The translations under genes were made by a program, and so were the position numbers. This document shows positions 1 through 11,333 of a DNA stretch of 64,000 nucleotides, piece after piece (within the stretch, counting starts at the first letter, position 1; each line of letters begins with the position of its first letter). Origin of the DNA: Convolutriloba macropyga (Eukaryota); contig NC_134478.1 of the NCBI RefSeq assembly GCF_964194025.1, forward strand, positions 43,276,001 to 43,340,000, written 5' to 3'. Under the pieces are notes generated by a model. That model was not told where the DNA came from, searched no databases, and saw only the letters and a program-made list of their open reading frames with translations.

Positions 1-13
1 TGCGTTTTGACAT

Positions 14-23
14 TGATTGACAG
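14..23 (+). promoter_or_regulatory. PBX-MEIS/PREP composite site TGATTGACAG
   Basis: Exact match to the canonical TALE heterodimer decamer. Confidence 0.35.
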
Positions 24-864
24 ATCATGTAATATATTGCTTTTGTTACTAAACTGTGACTACTGTGCTCAATTGTATAAACATGCTGGATCTATACCGG
101 TGGTTTTTGGCAAGCAGTCCAACTCGAAACAACAAAAGTAACTGGATTCGTGGTCGGGGTCTGGGGAGGGGAATAGACCAGCCAATGCTTGTGGAAACCC
201 TCCCTTCATTTTCGTAACGATTCTATTCTCGGCGGGAGGGTAACAGCGGTTGAATGACTAACAGACATAACAGACATTGGTAGACAGTTGAGAGAAGGTT
301 TGAATTAGTGCACGTTGCATACTGGGATTGATTAAATTGGCTCAAGTGACAGCTGGCTGTAACTTTTTGTCAGCAGTCGCTTAAATTTGTTGATTAGATT
401 TGCTAAAATTTACCTGATCAATCTAGGCTGCAAAATTTTAAAGACGTCAGCTTTAGGCTCATAAAATGTGTTTACAATTTAAAGCTGATCAGTTAACAGT
501 ATCTAGCAACGGGAGCGCGTCTTATGAATTGTAGCTATAGGATTTTCTTTTCGTTTAAAATATTCTTGAAAAGGGAAGGTTCCAAAAATGGCAAAAAACA
601 AAGGTGGAAGATGATTGGAAAAAAGACATGCAGTAGATCAAGTGATCTGTCTAATATATATTCAGTGGAAACCGAATATTAGTTCTTTTTGTAGCGCGTT
701 TTGCTGATGTTCTTATATGTGCGTTGACGTTAACATTTTTAGGGTCTTTCATTTTTTGCGGCCAGAGGTAGGTGCTCCTTTTTCTCTAGTAGTCGAAGAA
801 GCAAAAGAGGCTCTTGTATCAACTGAGGAATGTTTCGGGGCGGTCATGCTATGTTTCGGGGAGT

Positions 865-1005
865 GTTATCTTGTAAGAGTCTTGTGGAGATGTTTGGTTT
901 ATCTTTTAAAACTCTTGCATTTTTGGGAAGTTATCTTGCAAGATGATGCATAGTTTTGCTGGATTCTTGCAAGATCTTGCTAGACAACCATCGTTCGAAT
1001 AGGGT
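865..1005. repeat. TCTTGCAAGA palindrome-rich MITE-like remnant
   Basis: Several tcttgcaaga/tcttg variants clustered, ending cgaatagggta. Confidence 0.35.
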
Positions 1006-2409
1006 ATGTATGCATTTCATTATTATAATTGTTCGGGGTAACAATTGAATTGAGAGATAAAAGTACCTCTGTGTTTTTAGAATTGAATTAAATACAATTT
1101 AGCAAGTCAAATTAAAGTAGTACCTAGGGTTTTTTGTCGACTTTGATTTGATTAATATTTTTAATTTTCAAATTCTGTTGAAACACTTTATTAGCATCAG
1201 GTTTATCCCTTTGCAGGAAACCCGCATGGGACTATCAGTGACAAATCTGTTACGATATATGGCACTATCAGTGGTATTAATTATTAGGTCTTTTTGTGCA
1301 TTTTTTGTTCAATTAGATAATTTGCATCATTTTTCTGGTTGATTTGCTTTTAATTTTAATTCCCATAACTAAAACATTTGTGAAGCTGAAATTAACTTTG
1401 CTTGCTAATTGAAAGTAGTATGCTATTGAAAGTGAAGTTTAAGAAGTTTAAGCTATTGAAATAAGAATGTATTTACACTGCTCAGAATATAAAATTGTGA
1501 TTCCCATTGACTACAGAGCATTTGTTGCTTCTGATGGTAAATATTTTTTGTTTATTTAAGCTTTTTTTTTAAAAGAACTTTATTAATTGGTAAGTCTACT
1601 GATAAATAATTCAACTAAAATATCATTAGACACGTCTTGATTTTAAGCTTGTGATTGATAAAGAACATATGATGTGCTGAACTGAGCTATTTGAAGAGCT
1701 TAGTGAACATTGATGTCAAAATTTTAACAATGAGCAAATATATCTGGCGTCAAAACGTAAGAAGCCATTTGTTTTTATTGACACTTGGAACAACTTATCT
1801 TTTGAATCCAATTTCTTCAGCAATTTGACAGTTTGATTATATAGAGAAAGGCGCTGGATCTGGGATGCAATTGGACTAATTACGGGTCATTTTTCAATTC
1901 ATAATCCTTGGTTTAATTGTTTTTTTTAGGAACTAATATTTTGTGTTATTTGTTTCATTGACGTGATTCATTAACCTACCTGAACGGAAAAATTGAACTT
2001 GTTTATGACAGAGTTATTATTTTGCTGGAAATGGAGTTTTGCTGTAAACTTTTTAAAAGATAAATGGGACTTCGAAAAAATTATTGTTAGCTGTTGTTTT
2101 TTCTGAGAAAATTTGAAGTTGAATTAAATTATCATCTGGTCACTCTCAGATCAGATGCATTCTAGTCACAAAGTTCATCAAGTTTTTGCTTATGCGTTGG
2201 AACAGCTATTGCTGTCAGATGTTGAGTGGTTATTTGTTTTGTACTTTTTCTGGGGGCAGAAAAGCTTCGGAAGGTAGTTTTCGTGGTGAAATAACAATTT
2301 TCAACATGTTGCTTACTAGGATGCTTCCGTTTTCTGGCTCACGGACGTTTTATAAGTTGCTTGGTTTTATAAGTATTGCCAACAGCAACTATTGAAAACG
2401 GTGTTTCCT

Positions 2410-2660
2410 GTTTTACAATTCAAAGAATTTGAATTGGATTGGGGCGCTGTCTTTTACGACTCGAAGAGGAGTATTGGAGTGAATTTTGAAGCGGGAAATG
2501 AAACACGTAAAAAAATTTGGAGTGATTTTGTTGCTGAACAAAATGAAGAGTGGAGCGAAAAGAGTGGTTTTTTGTTCATGGCGGTGTTTTCTGGAGAGCG
2601 CAAAATTGAGGTGTGAAAAAAAGTTCTGTAAGCGAGCGAATTTTTTTGTTCACGTGCGGA
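2410..2660 (+). mobile_element. HINE-like family A, diverged 5' fragment
   Basis: Starts ttttacaattcaaagaatttg..ttggggcgctgtcttt as in the copies at 40314 and 44066(-). Confidence 0.6.
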
Positions 2661-3496
2661 ATTTAAGCAATTTTTTCCCTGAATTTTTTTTTGGTTAAGA
2701 GGTTTGGTTATGATTTGCTTTTAATTTTAAGCTGGGTTTGGTAGTGGTTTGAAGATTTCTGAAAATTTGTATGATTTTTGTGCTAATTCGGATGTTTTTC
2801 ATGTATTTTGCTGATTTTTGGGCTAAATTTTACGATTTTTTTTACTATTGTTCTGTTTTTCTGCCTCAAATGGGTATTGAAGATACCCCTATTACTTGAG
2901 CATTTTTTAGTTAACACGTGGTTAAAGTTTTGTGGATATGAAGCATTTTTTGTTGAGAAATATGACGAAAAATGTCGAAAATTGGAACTTTTCTTAATTT
3001 TTTGCAGTTTTTTGGTTTTTCTCTTCTTTAGACAAGTTTCTTAACCTATTATGACTTGTCTATTGTTTTGCGAGAATCTGGGTACCTTGTTGGCTGAAAA
3101 GGTTTTTTTTAGATTTGTGTGCTTTTGTAATATTAAAAAAATATAACTTTTTCCAGTTTTATAGTCAAAGTTGTTTGTAAGAGCTTATTTTTTCATGTTT
3201 TGGCTTCAAGTATTTTTAAAAAATCTCATGTGGTTTAAGTAGTCGCTAGTGGTATTGATGAAGTAATTGTGGCACAGATAGTTTTTTGGGTATCAATTTA
3301 TGACATAATTTGATCAGATTTTTTATCATTTTTGAATAGATTTGATTTTTTTTTTTACTTTTTTGTTTTATGGTTTTATTTCAAGATAATCGTAACTTAT
3401 TGAATGCACGTTTTGTCTAATGAGTAGTTGGATGGCATTTAATTGGATCTCCACTTCGAGTCGTTTCCGGAATTGTTCCGGCTATGTTTTTTCCTA

Positions 3497-3848
3497 AGAT
3501 CTTCACACATTTTCATGATTTTTGAAGTCGAATTGGAGTAGTGATTTTCGTCACTCCGAAACAGGAAGTGGAGCGAAAAAGCAAGTGGTTTTGCGGCGTG
3601 AATTTTTTTCCCTCTAAATTTAAAGTTGAGTGAGAAAAAGGTGTTTGAACAAAAATTCGCTCTAGTGGTTTTTTGTTCACATGCGGCAATTTCACTTTGA
3701 TTTTTACAGTTTTTTCGATTTTTTGGATCGGATTTTTTTTCTAAATGGTTTTCCCAATCCATTCATAGTCCGTTCTTGGTCTAGTTTTCTGTTTAGTCAA
3801 TGAATATTCTTTGAATTGTACGTCAGGTCTTGTCCTGCTATGTTTTTT
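3497..3848 (+). mobile_element. HINE-like family A, 5'-truncated copy
   Basis: Aligns with 40360-40710 and (reverse) 43507-44010; subterminal IR ttctttgaattgta 3807-3820 and hairpin cagg..cctg 3824-3837. Confidence 0.75.
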
Positions 3849-4415
3849 AATTTCGTAATTTTAATTTGGCGACTTTCTTATGAGCATGAATTTTGCAGTC
3901 ACTGTATGTGGAATGTGTGAGTAATGGGCCTCGCTTTAGATGTTGCAGATATGTACTATGGCAATACGATTGGGCCAGGTTTTTCTCGTCTTCTGAATCA
4001 GGTTGCTTGACATTTGTAGGGGTATTTTTTCTGTTATTCATTTGTGCCAAATGGCATATCGTGAAAACAAAAGGAACAAATTTGTGGTTTCGAAGAAAAT
4101 GTTTTGCAGAAATATAAATATTTTAAATCGATTCTTTCTGACAATCTGTTCAAAATAGATTATAATACATTTGTGTCCACTGTATAAAAGCGCCTTCTTC
4201 AGTCTATTATATCTGCCATTTTTTAGTCAATGAAAATCCGCTGTTATTTTTAAGAATTTAAGATACGGGCATGTTTTCATTGTTGCAGTTGGGGCTCCCT
4301 ATTTCTATTAATGGTCTTTTGTGACTTTTCTTTGAGTTTCTGAATATTCTAGTCAAGACAAACGTCTGTAATATGAAAATGATCATAATATGATTTTTGG
4401 TCGTTATTTTGACAC

Positions 4416-4425
4416 TGATTGACAG
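4416..4425 (+). promoter_or_regulatory. PBX-MEIS/PREP composite site TGATTGACAG
   Basis: Exact decamer ~1.5 kb upstream of the inferred TSS; near-match TGATTGACGT near 4934. Confidence 0.4.
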
Positions 4426-5251
4426 TAATGAAGTGGTTGCTGAGTGATTTTGGTGATAATTATCACAGTCTGAGGTCTTCGATGTGTCTTCACGCTGTCT
4501 TGTTATGTTCTCTGCTTTTCTCATACCAAGATAGACTTACATGCATTATTGTGTTCAGTGAATTCTGTGATTTGATTGGCGCAGAGTGAAGCGAAGCAAA
4601 ACTCGTTTCAGCGCTGTTTGTGATGAGCTGCGTAATTAATTAGTGATACCTACCTGAGCGAAATTGTATGTGCTTCGCTTAGCCGAAAGGCTAGAGTAGC
4701 ATAATTTTTTTCCTTTTTATTTTGTTTTCGATTTTCCGTATTATCTGCCAAGATCTGGTGTTTTTTTTGTCACAATCTGTTTAGTTTTTCCATTAAAAAA
4801 TCAAATTAATCCTTTCTTTCTTCGAAAATATGGGAACTGCAATTGAAGGCGCTGTAAAGTGCATCTTAACATCAAAATGATTGTTGAAACTTTTTCGGCT
4901 AATTATGAGTTAGTTTGACTGTGATTGCTGTATTGATTGACGTCTGAACAGTGTATTTGTGTATTATGCGTGTTGTGTGTGTTTAGGCGGAGAGCTGATA
5001 GTTTTAATTTGATAAATTGGTTAGAATTGATTTGGCTTCTAGTTTCGATTCGCTCTGGCGCTAGTTGAACTGCAGGGCTCAGGTAATTTACCTTCATTAA
5101 TTAATCTAATGCAGTGCATTAAGTCGAATGTCTATTTAGCTTCATTCTTATTCATCATTTTGCAGGACTTTACAATTCGCTCGTTCCATGAAATTGGCAC
5201 GTAATACAGATTTTCTATAATTTTTTGTATGCTTTGAAATATTTTAGAAAC

Positions 5252-5312
5252 GGGGGGGGGGGGGGGTGCAAAATTGCGTGGTGGTGGTGGTGGTGGGGGG
5301 GGGGGGGGGGGG
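5252..5312 (+). repeat. Poly-G/(GGT)n tract, G-quadruplex-prone
   Basis: G15, spacer, (GTG)n, G18. Confidence 0.85.
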
Positions 5313-5399
5313 CAATGAACGGGAAAGATCCAGATTTGCATACAATTGATCTCAAAAAATGCTAAACTCCCGAAAACTTTGCCGCGCCTTTTCACTTAC

Positions 5400-6000
5400 A
5401 TCGTACCTCAAGCGTAGGATAAGTTATGATTGATGACGGGTGTATGTGGTAACTTGTTTTATTGTTAAGCTCGGAAATGCTTTGTTTTTGACTACTGATA
5501 ACCAACCAACCATTTGTTCTTGGTTGCCATGAGTGTTATCGGCGGTTATCGGCTAATTAATTAATGTGGTTGTGAAATGGAGAGCCGAGTGATTATGGCT
5601 AATTTAGTTTTGGTTATCTAACCACAGACTGGAAGAGAGAAAGTTGGTATGGACCGGCTGGCATTTTGATAATAAATCATATCTCATTAATTATTAATTG
5701 GCATTCGAAACGACATCTATCTGTTCTACAGAACAAATTCGCCAATTGTACTTCTAACAGTCGTGTATGTGCAGTAAATACAATATGCGTGCATACATCA
5801 ACGTCTAATCAAAAAAGAGTGAGGCAAAAGAGAACTTTTTGACTTTTTTGTGGCTGAAACGAGCGTTATGAAAAGCGAAAATGAGTTTTGTTCTAACAAT
5901 AAATTTGTACCTTTTTTGTCATCGTGAACTGCAACTGTATGCATCAATACATTGACAGCCGAAGATTCGAACAAAAAAGCCACCAACGAATTAAGACTTA
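5400..6000 (+). promoter_or_regulatory. Putative fz5/8 proximal promoter region
   Basis: Immediately precedes the onset of ATG depletion; non-repetitive; TAATTAATTA-type homeodomain clusters near 5553 and 5686. Confidence 0.4.
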
Positions 6001-6398
6001 GCTGTTATTGATTATTATTTATAACTAATTTATAACTAGCAGAGGTATTAGCTGGTTAACTAGTTAGTAGTGCTGGTAGCAGCATAGTAGTAGAATTTGT
6101 GAAGAAAAAGAGAAGGTGGAGAAAGAACGTATTTTACAATTCTGTGCAAATATTAATTCATATCACTCACTTTCAGCTTAGTTTAATTTATAATCATAAA
6201 CTACAACTATTATTACTTAATAGTTTATTACTACCACTGAGGAGCAACAGAGAGAAAGAGAGAAAAGAGCACCGGCCAATTCTAAACTTGTCTCCAAATT
6301 GTCATAAATACCAAAATTTTGACAATTTCTCAAACTATTGATCAATTTTGAGGAAATTGTCAAATTTTTAGAAAGACAAGGAAAAATCGCTCATTTAA

Positions 6399-6512
6399 AT
6401 GTGTTACATTTTGCGTTTTGTTTCTAGGAATTGCATTATTAACACAAATTGCAAATCGTCTACTATAAAATTGATCACTTTCGAAAATCATTACCAGTAT
6501 TCTTACTTTTGA
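6399..6512 (+). other. uORF1 (37 aa, MCYILRFVSR...)
   Basis: First ATG in the depleted leader; weak context taaATGt; TGA at 6510-6512. Confidence 0.45.
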
Positions 6513-7292
6513 GTCTTGAAATTGGAGGTGTCTGGTTTATTCACGGTGTTTACATTTGTGTACATCTCTTGATTGCGATATTAATTGCCTTGTTTATTGT
6601 GGTACCTGCTGGCGGAGCGTCTTGAAATTAAGACAGCAGAGTTGTTGGAGCCATTAAGAGAAGCAGTTTTGAAAAGGGAGGAACATTTTTGGAAGCATTT
6701 TTGAGCAACTGATAGTCGCATCATCAATTCACGTTTTCTCAATTTCCCTGAGCCGCCATCTTGTCGACATTAATTGGAACTTCGACTACGTTTAGTCGAC
6801 TGAGATTTTTATAGTTGCCAATTATTGCTTCTGTGCGGAGACTATTTAAATTTCAAGCATCTCCGTAGCCCTCAGTTTTCCAACTGTTGAGTTAGTTACT
6901 ACTGTTCGAGACAGGAAGCGTTACGTGAACGAGTGAACGTAAATAAAAACAGACCGGGTTGTGGGGAAGAAAAACAACAAAATCCTTTCCCCGCCTTTTC
7001 TGCATCTTTTTACCGTTATCCACAAAATTACAGTTGCCTCAAATTTCCTTTGCCATCAGGTTTTCAAGCGTACCACGTTGCCAATAGCTATTGAGTTGAG
7101 AAGATACTACTTGAAAAAGTTGCCTGTGAACAGATAAATACTACACCCCTCCTTCTATTTTGTTCTTCCTTGTTTGTTACTATTGCGAAGACGCGCTTGT
7201 ATTATTACCCACAGATTGTTAACTAACCAGGGCTAGTTATTACGTGCACCGTTCATTATAATTCTCGGTTATTTGCTTCGCGTTTACTCTAA

Positions 7293-7334
7293 ATGCTGCT
7301 AGAATTGATGCTGATATATAGCTCCTATCGTTAA
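7293..7334 (+). other. uORF2 (MLLELMLIYSSYR; second in-frame ATG at 7308)
   Basis: Two in-frame ATGs, both with T at -3. Confidence 0.45.
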
Positions 7335-7698
7335 CCATACGTTCATCATTTTGCTGTTAAAATATCCCCGCGCGTTATACTTACTTCTGCTTTAGGGGGA
7401 GAGAAAGAGAAAGCTTTTCCATTTCAACTAGTGGTACTTCATTTTTCCCTCTCTGCCTCGATTCGCTTCTCTTAGCTGCTTTGTACTGAAGAGAGTTGCC
7501 CTCCTAGTCTTTGTAAAACAGCACAGCTTAACACACTGTGGTACTACTGCACAGAAAACAGCACAAAATTATCCTACTATTGCTGTCTTTTGAAAAATAT
7601 TCTCTATTTTGCCTCTATTTTGCATTTAGTGGGAAAATTTCAACATTTTCAGCAGCAGTAGCAGCCGAATACATTATCTTCGCACGCACTAGAGTTTT

Positions 7699-7786
7699 AT
7701 GCTATATGCTACTTACTTTTTGCATATATAACCTTTTCCAATTTTGTGGGGAAAACACAATTTTGAGTAAAAGTAGTGTTGTATAG
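7699..7786 (+). other. Overlapping uORF3 (7699-7731, 10 aa) and uORF4 (7706-7786, 26 aa)
   Basis: tttATGc and tatATGc, weak contexts, different frames. Confidence 0.4.
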
Positions 7787-8229
7787 CTCAATTTTGAATT
7801 TTGTGCTCATTATTTTTATTCCATCCTGCTTTGAGGGAAAATTTTAGAAAATAGAAAAATTTATTCCCAACTTATCTGTCGTGCTGACTCGCTCTGCCTT
7901 ACCTCTCTCCTGTTTACGTGTTTGCTTAGCCTATTGGGAGATTGTCCTATAGCATTCGAGTGCTTTCACCTTTCATTAATTCTCGCACTCTGATTGGCTG
8001 ATAAATTCGATTCAAATTCTCGCAGCGCCTATCAAAAATAGCCGAATAAATTGTATCTTTTAACATTGTAAATTTACACTGTGCGTTTATTTTACTACAC
8101 ACACTGTAAAAGAATTTTAACTTTTACTGGTTGAGAGAAATATCCTATCCTTTCTGTTTTTTAACAGAGCACACGCACACAGTAAAGATTTGGTTTGGCG
8201 TGGAATTATTGGTTGGGAAGCGGGAATAT

Positions 8230-8367
8230 ATGTGTAATATTTGTAATACTTTTCCTGCCTTTTCTATATATCCTCAGAGAAGAGAACAGGCTTGTAGAAA
8301 AGTAGGCGGCGATTGTTATTTCATTTTGAATTTTGCTCCGCCAGTTTTGCTTTGCTTCATATTATAG
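8230..8367 (+). other. uORF5 (45 aa, MCNICNTF...)
   Basis: tatATGt weak context; TAG stop ending 8367. Confidence 0.4.
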
Positions 8368-8442
8368 CAGCTACAGTAGCTAGCTAGTCACTGCTCTCTT
8401 AAATCGCCATAAATTGACGGCCCTTTTCCTCTATAATTCTAA

Positions 8443-8484
8443 ATGCCACTTATTTCTATCCCCACTACTACTACCACCAACTGA
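8443..8484 (+). other. uORF6 (MPLISIPTTTTTN)
   Basis: Last upstream ATG (taaATGc); followed by ~1.2 kb free of ATG up to the main start. Confidence 0.45.
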
Positions 8485-9671
8485 ACCTACACACACACTC
8501 GCAGAAACGCATAAACTACCAGCTAACAGGCATCATTGTTGGAACAACAACGACCTGTCCAAAAACGTTCCTTGTTTTCCTTGTTGGTAAACAAATTTAT
8601 TCATCCTGGTTGCAAGTATTGTTGAACTGCTATAATTACTTGACGAAATACCAAGAATATTTGTCACAAGAGAAAAGTCACCCGCGACTACTGTTCTTTA
8701 TTCAAACACTTTCTGTTGTTCTTACACTTCTCAAATATATTTGGTTACATTTACGAAATAAATTGACATCTTGGGAAAAAATTGATTGTTATTCGCACAT
8801 TGAATATTATTTCCGGTTTTTGTTGTGACACTTAGTGACAAAATTTGCGTTCACATTGATAACCAAATTTGTCGACAAATTTTATAGAATTTCGAGGATC
8901 AATTTTAATTCGGTTTGGCGGAAACGCAAAAATTTGTCACACATTTTGTGAAAGAATTGAAAAACGTCATATTACTCCATTACAATTGTTGAGTTATTTT
9001 ACTACCAGTTTGCTTCTGTTTAACCGATAACAAAACGTTCAGCAATTCGCGTTTAAAACAACTGACGCTTTAGTCAAAAGCTAATTTTCCTCTTTTGTTT
9101 AAATTTTCCGCCTTAGGACGGAGAAATTTACATTATTTCACTTCACTCTCACAGGGAACACAAATAATTACTATTGTTCGCTTTTGTGCTCAAGAATTTA
9201 ATTTGTGACAATTTTTCTAAAGCTCTAGAGTTCTAAAGCTAAAAAAATTGCGTGTGAGAGTTAACAAAACGGCGACTGACTTCCATCGACGGAAACTCAA
9301 AATTTGTTAGCAATATTGCAACCATTGGGTGAAGTATTGTGGAAATTGCTTCACTGTTTTGCCTGATATTTCTCCACTAATTACTGCTCGTTTTGCAAAA
9401 ATCCATATCGCTTTTTGTGAAGAGACTGAGAAAACAAATTCCGCCCCAAAAATTCAATACACATTTGGTCTATTTGCGTCAGTGATTTTACTTAGCTTAA
9501 TTCATTTGCTTAATTCGAGTTGTTTATCAATAGTTTAAGCAAAGAAAATATTGAAAAATTTACTTCCTTTTACAGTTGCTCATATTATACAAAACCAACT
9601 TTGAAAAATCAATTTTTATCTAATTTGTCTGCCGGAAAGTCTGAAAGATTGAAGGAAAATTTAATCACAAA

Positions 9672-11333
9672 ATGTTGACTCGAAAACCAAACTCAAACGT
9701 ATTTTCATTTCTAGTTTCTCTGTTGTTATTTATAACTTCAGTTCGAGCGATTAAAACGAGCGGACAGTGCCAAGAAATCACTGTTCCTATGTGCAAACAA
9801 ATCGGATACAATGCCACTACATTTCCAAACGAGTTGGATCACAACACCCAAAATGAAGCGGGAATGGAAATTCACCAATTTTGGCCACTCGTGGAAATCG
9901 GGTGCTCAGACCAACTCAGATTTTTCCTCTGCTCGAAGTACGTTCCCATTTGCCTGCCGAACTTTTCCAAGACTTTACAGGCTTGTAAGAAAGTTTGTGA
10001 AGTTGCGAGGGCGGGATGCGAACCGGTGATGCAACATTATGGCTTCGAATGGCCGGAACGATTCGATTGTGATAAGCTGATTACGAAAGAAGAGTCGCTG
10101 CTGGAAGAAAACAGACAAAAGAACTTGATGTGCATGCAGGATGACCACCTGGATGACTCAGATCCGGTTCTTCCTCCAACCAAGATCGAAGGGAGCAAAC
10201 CTCCTGGAAACGAAATTCCAGAACCAATTGGCCCAAAACTCGGTCCAGAGTGCTGCTCGTGCAATTCGCCATTTAAGAAATTGACGGGGACCTCGCCCTA
10301 CTACAAGCTCAATGTCACAACTGGATTGATGTCAAACTGTGCGATGTCTTGCAAAAGTCCTCACTTCGATGACAACGAGAGGAAGTTCACCCCAATCTGG
10401 TTGGGAATCTGGTCTTGCCTATGTTTTGTATCAACATCCGTAATGGTGCTCACTTTCCTAATCGATATGTCCAGATTCAAGTACCCAGAACGTCCCATCA
10501 TTTTCCTGTCCGGCTGCTACATGTTCGTTGCAATTGGTTTCATGATCAGACTAGTCGCTGGACACGAAGCGGTTGCATGCAACGATGAAATAATTCGATA
10601 CGATATTAGTGGTCGCCCGCCGTTGTGCATAACCGTGTTCATTCTCACATATTTCTTCAGTATGGCCAGCTCAATTTGGTGGGTAATTCTCTCCCTGACC
10701 TGGTTCCTAGCGGCTGGACTCAAATGGGGCAGCGAGGCAATTGCAAACTACTCATGGTGGTTTCATCTCGTAGGATGGGTTATACCGACAATTCAAACAG
10801 CAGTCGTTATTTTCACCAACAGCGTTGATGGAGATCCGGTATCTGGGATCTGCTATGTTGGCAACCAGAGCATTGAAAACCTTCGATTCTACGTCCTGGG
10901 ACCCCTGATCGTCTATCTTTTCACGGGCACTATGTTTCTGTTGGCTGGCTTCGTATCATTGTTCAAAATCCGACATGTTATCAAGCGTGGAGGAACAAAC
11001 ACGGAGAAATTAGAGAAGTTAATGATGAGAATTGGTGTGTTTTCGTTTTTCTACACAGTTCCCGCAGCTGTAGTCATTGCATGTTACTTCTACGAGCACA
11101 GATATAGAGTAGACTGGGAAAAAAGGGTAACGTGTCCGTGCGTTGGCAGGAATTACCCCACGCCAGAGTACTTTGTCTTTGTTTGCAAATACTTTATGCT
11201 GTTAGTGGTTGGAATCACATCAGGTTTCTGGATCTGGACGAACAAGACCATCAACTCCTGGCTGCAATTCGGATCTAAGATCTTGGGAGGTCGAGGAAAC
11301 AATGTCCCGAAGGTTCCCATGACCCATGTCTAA
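9672..11333 (+). CDS. fzd5/8: Frizzled-5/8 Wnt receptor (uninterrupted CDS, 553 aa)
   Basis: Signal peptide; cysteine-rich domain CQEITVPMCKQIGYN..EAGMEIHQFWPLVEIGCS..FFLCS..C..GFEWP of Fz5/8 type; 7 TM core (FKYPERPIIFLSGCY, YFFSMASSIWWVILSLTWFLAAG, GDPVSGICYVGN, LEKLMMRIGVFS); Dishevelled-binding KTxxxW motif (KTINSW); PDZ-type C-terminus -MTHV, like FZD5 -SHV; start in cacaaaATG context. Confidence 0.97.
   Translation: MLTRKPNSNVFSFLVSLLLFITSVRAIKTSGQCQEITVPMCKQIGYNATTFPNELDHNTQNEAGMEIHQFWPLVEIGCSDQLRFFLCSKYVPICLPNFSKTLQACKKVCEVARAGCEPVMQHYGFEWPERFDCDKLITKEESLLEENRQKNLMCMQDDHLDDSDPVLPPTKIEGSKPPGNEIPEPIGPKLGPECCSCNSPFKKLTGTSPYYKLNVTTGLMSNCAMSCKSPHFDDNERKFTPIWLGIWSCLCFVSTSVMVLTFLIDMSRFKYPERPIIFLSGCYMFVAIGFMIRLVAGHEAVACNDEIIRYDISGRPPLCITVFILTYFFSMASSIWWVILSLTWFLAAGLKWGSEAIANYSWWFHLVGWVIPTIQTAVVIFTNSVDGDPVSGICYVGNQSIENLRFYVLGPLIVYLFTGTMFLLAGFVSLFKIRHVIKRGGTNTEKLEKLMMRIGVFSFFYTVPAAVVIACYFYEHRYRVDWEKRVTCPCVGRNYPTPEYFVFVCKYFMLLVVGITSGFWIWTNKTINSWLQFGSKILGGRGNNVPKVPMTHV

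Larger units (their letters stand above)
5942..9671 (+). other. Inferred very long (~3.7 kb) 5' UTR of fz5/8
   Basis: Only 7 sense ATGs in 3730 bp (none 8446-9671) versus 14 in 5401-5941; CAT (antisense ATG) remains common; abrupt boundary near 5942. Confidence 0.7.

Noticed and set aside
5132-5395. Polyproline ORF on the - strand (formin/WASP-like look)
   Set aside because: Simply the translation of the poly-G tract; non-ATG start and no domain context
7990-8001. CCAAT-box-like ctgattggctga as the fz5/8 promoter
   Set aside because: ATG depletion begins ~2 kb further upstream, so it is probably inside the leader; an alternative TSS cannot be excluded
9811-10828. Short ORFs overlapping fz5/8 in other frames or strand
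   Set aside because: Shadows of the real CDS
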